Source: Burkholderiales bacterium (GTDB lineage Bacteria; Pseudomonadota; Gammaproteobacteria; Burkholderiales; SG8-41). Taken from it: a stretch of 52,062 bases of DNA. Numbering within the stretch: the stretch's first letter is position 1; each line of letters begins with the position of its first letter. A program made the position numbers and the translations under genes. The DNA lies in contig JBKJKJ010000337.1 of assembly GCA_046597455.1 (NCBI GenBank), forward strand, positions 1 to 52,062. The letters are read 5' to 3'. The notes under the pieces were generated by a model. The model was not told the origin of the DNA. It searched no databases and saw only the letters and a list, made by a program, of their open reading frames with translations. Positions 49,683 through 52,062 of the stretch are shown here, one piece after another.

Positions 49683-50861
49683 TCATCCGGCCAGGCGCCG
49701 AACCGCCTTCAGCCGCTGGCTCGCGTCCCCTGCGAGATGCGTCCAGATGATGGCATCGCGCACGAGCTTGTCGGCCATCGCATCGATCACACCGCCCGAC
49801 ACGGTGTGAATATCGAGATTCAGGCCGCTCACACGCTGGATCACGGTCGTCGAGTAGTTCATCAACAGCACCGCGTTGACACCCTGCAGTTTGTGGTCCA
49901 TCTCCCACGCCGTGCGCATCACGTACGAGCGCAGCGCTTCGGTCAGCATGTGCATTTCGTTCAGCTTCAACTGCACCAGTTGCTGGTCGTACAGGCGTTT
50001 GCCGCCGCGCCGCTCCGTTTTCGCAAAGCGCATGGCCGCCTCGCATGCCGCGTCGCACACGCCGAGCGCATTGGCCGCGAGCTCGAAGTCGCCGAACTCG
50101 CCTGCAGCGCCGCTGCGCACTTTCACCCCCCCGTGCACCTCGCCGACCACGTTGGCGTGCGGCACCCTCGCGTTGTCGAAGACGAGCTCGGCGTTCTGAT
50201 AGAAGCGCCATCCGCTCTTGTTGAAAATCTTGCCGACCCGGAAACCCGGCGTGTCGCTCGGCACGAGGAATACGGTCGTCCCCTCGCGTATGGACACGTC
50301 GGGATCGGTACGCGTACTGACGAAAAACAGTTTGCCGACGCTGCCATTGGCGATGAAGGTCTTCTCGCCGTTGAGTATCCAGTCGTCGCCGGCGCGCTCG
50401 GCGCGCAGCCGCCAGCCCGACTTCGGCGCATCGGCAGGCGGATAGCGATTGTCCGAACCCGCGTTGGGCTCGGTGCTGGCGGAGCCGATCACATACGTGT
50501 CGTCAGCCATGAAAGGCCTGAGGAAACGCGCCTTCTGGTCGTTCGTGCAGAACTCGGCGATGAGGTGGCTCCACTTCCAGTTCTGGCTGAAAGCCTTGGA
50601 TATCGCGCTGTCACCTTTGGCGAGTTCCGTCATCACCAGCCCCTGCGTGACGAAATCAGTGCCGGGTCCACCCCACTCCCGGGGCACGGCGAGCGTGCGA
50701 AAACCCAGCGCCGAACCTTTCCGGATGATGTCCCAATCCCACGGCTCGTATCCGCCTCCGATCCGGTCGCGCTTCAGCGCAATTGGTCGAATCTCCTCCT
50801 GGGCAAACTCGCGCGCTTTCATCTGCCACGCCTGCTGGTCAGCGCTCAGCGAAAAATCCAT
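49683..50861 (-). CDS. Acyl-CoA dehydrogenase family protein
   Basis: 392 aa. 'EWGGPG', 'TEPNAGSD', 'W(I)LNGEKTFI(A)NG' and the C-terminal helical domain are typical of ACADs. GGAG lies 5 nt upstream of the ATG. Confidence 0.9.
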   Translation of the reverse strand: MDFSLSADQQAWQMKAREFAQEEIRPIALKRDRIGGGYEPWDWDIIRKGSALGFRTLAVPREWGGPGTDFVTQGLVMTELAKGDSAISKAFSQNWKWSHLIAEFCTNDQKARFLRPFMADDTYVIGSASTEPNAGSDNRYPPADAPKSGWRLRAERAGDDWILNGEKTFIANGSVGKLFFVSTRTDPDVSIREGTTVFLVPSDTPGFRVGKIFNKSGWRFYQNAELVFDNARVPHANVVGEVHGGVKVRSGAAGEFGDFELAANALGVCDAACEAAMRFAKTERRGGKRLYDQQLVQLKLNEMHMLTEALRSYVMRTAWEMDHKLQGVNAVLLMNYSTTVIQRVSGLNLDIHTVSGGVIDAMADKLVRDAIIWTHLAGDASQRLKAVRRLAG

Positions 50862-50976
50862 CGGGGCTCCGTTTGAAACGTGACAACGTCAGAAGGTATA
50901 GAGTCGAGGCGGCAATGCGGCAAGGTCACAACGGAACAAGGTAGCAGCAATCATGCGCAACCGCATGAGATCCCGC

Positions 50977-51055
50977 CACATCACTCCATCACTCCATCAC
51001 CCCATCACGCCCTCACCGCATCACCGCATCCTGCATCACTGCATCACCGCATCAC
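50977..51055 (+). repeat. Tandem 8-nt repeat array, NNCATCAC on the + strand, about 10 units; reverse complement of the 47726-47772 array
   Basis: caCATCAC tcCATCAC tcCATCAC ccCATCAC gcCCTCAC cgCATCAC cgCATCC tgCATCAC tgCATCAC cgCATCAC. It sits in the divergent intergenic region between the ACAD gene (-) and the M64 peptidase gene (+). Confidence 0.9.
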
Positions 51056-51127
51056 CTGTAAGCTTTCAACCGTCGAGTGTAAGTCCGAATAAACCGTGAC
51101 GTCCATGCAACTGCCGGAGATTCATCG

Positions 51128-52062
51128 ATGCAAGCCACGCGGCGGCGCTGGCTGAGATACGCCGCGACAGCGGGTGCGTCGCTGTTCCTGGCGGCGTGCG
51201 AACGCGGCCGCCCGGGATCGAATGCCGGTCGCACCCGCCCACCGGCCGAGCAAGGCGCCCTGCGCTTCGACTTTCGCCACTTCATTGCGAGCGGCACCGA
51301 ACATTTCTCGCTCGTCCGGCTGCGCGCCGAACCGCTGTGGTCGGGCTCACGGGCGCGGGGCCTCGCGATGCCCGACTGGGGAGACTATCGGTTTTCCGTA
51401 TTCGATTCCGAAAGCGGCGACCCGCTGTTTCGATCAGGATTCGACAGCAACCTGGATCGCGGTGCGCAATCGAATGCCACGCAGGTCAGCATTCGCATTC
51501 CGGCCCCGGACCGGGCGGTAAACGCCGTGATCGAACGACGGCGCGCCACCGGAGTTTTCCAGCCGGTGTGGGACGGTACGATCGATCCGGCTGACAGCGC
51601 GATCGACCGCTCGCAATCCGCGCTGCGCACGCGGGTCGACACGATCCTGTCGAACGGCGAGCCCGCCGCGAAGGTCGACATCGCGATACTCGGCGATGGC
51701 TATGTCGAATCCCAGTATCCGAAGTTCATCGCCGATGCCCGACGGGCGGCCGAATACCTCTTCTCGGTCGATCCGTTCAAAAAGCGTGTGCAAGACTTCA
51801 ACGTGCACTCCGTTTTCGCGGCCAGCACGGACGCGGGCGTCACCGATCCGTATCTCGGCCTGCGAAAAGACACCGTGTTCGGGTGCGGCTACCAGGCAGG
51901 CATGGCGGAGCGCACGCTTGCCGTGGGCGATGAGACGGCGCTGCGCGAAGCGGCGACCGCGGCGCCGTACGACTTCCTGCTCGTGATCGCGAACGCGCGC
52001 CGTTACGGCGGCAGCGCGTATTTCGGGGGTCCTGCGGTGGTCTCGGTCGACAGCGCGGCCGC
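51128..52062 (+). CDS. Peptidase M64 (IgA-peptidase-like) family protein with Tat-type signal and lipobox; 3' end lies outside the window
   Basis: My own translation of the open frame that runs off the window end: 'MQATRRRWLRYAATAGASLFLAAC...', then 'VDIAILGDGYVESQYPKFIADARRAAEYLFSVDPFKKRVQDFNVHSVF...APYDFLLVIANARRYGGSAY', which matches M64 family blocks. GGAGA lies 7 nt upstream of the ATG. Confidence 0.8.
   Translation, partial: MQATRRRWLRYAATAGASLFLAACERGRPGSNAGRTRPPAEQGALRFDFRHFIASGTEHFSLVRLRAEPLWSGSRARGLAMPDWGDYRFSVFDSESGDPLFRSGFDSNLDRGAQSNATQVSIRIPAPDRAVNAVIERRRATGVFQPVWDGTIDPADSAIDRSQSALRTRVDTILSNGEPAAKVDIAILGDGYVESQYPKFIADARRAAEYLFSVDPFKKRVQDFNVHSVFAASTDAGVTDPYLGLRKDTVFGCGYQAGMAERTLAVGDETALREAATAAPYDFLLVIANARRYGGSAYFGGPAVVSVDSAA

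Noticed and set aside
50977-51055. Possible CRISPR array or minisatellite
   Set aside because: The repeat unit is only 8 nt with no spacers, and there are no cas genes. It is not a CRISPR.
50880-51092. 70-aa + ORF with a His/Pro/Ser-rich tail ('HHSITPSPHHALTASPHPASLHHRIT')
   Set aside because: The peptide is only the translation of the 8-nt CATCAC repeat. A period of 8 rotates the frame, so there is no consistent codon periodicity, and no SD is present. I treated it as a non-coding repeat.

Overview
GC-rich segment with strong GC3 bias and dense, often ATGA-overlapping operons. It looks like chromosomal DNA of a betaproteobacterium of the Burkholderiales type. The main taxonomic clue is seven intact Bug/TctC-family periplasmic solute receptors plus one fragment, with no tctA/tctB partner in the window. 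I support about 54 protein-coding features. They comprise a two-component module, a three-gene split-beta cobalt-type nitrile-hydratase-like enzyme next to a DASS transporter and a CBS protein, several enolase-superfamily/dehydrogenase/Bug catabolic operons, a BisC-type molybdoenzyme, an ADP-forming acyl-CoA synthetase, a cNMP-domain::DASS permease fusion, and an operon with an acyl-CoA dehydrogenase, three tandem CitE/HpcH-like paralogs and a LigI-type amidohydrolase. I found no rRNA, tRNA, CRISPR array, transposase, integrase or phage gene. The points most worth a second look are: (i) the split-beta NHase-like enzyme with a His-rich alpha N-terminus and no activator gene; (ii) the triple CitE paralog operon, where only one copy keeps the canonical DLED signature; (iii) two oppositely oriented arrays of an 8-nt GTGATGNN/NNCATCAC repeat bracketing part of that operon; (iv) an orphan 574-aa zeta/AAA_33-like P-loop protein; (v) gene decay, namely one in-frame Bug::HIBADH deletion chimera, two single-nucleotide frameshifts and one cyclase remnant. 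All family assignments come from reading motifs in the supplied translations; no database search was run. The ORF track translates GTG/TTG starts as M, and many of its long ORFs are N-terminally over-extended or are antisense shadows. I trimmed starts using Shine-Dalgarno motifs, signal peptides and family N-termini.
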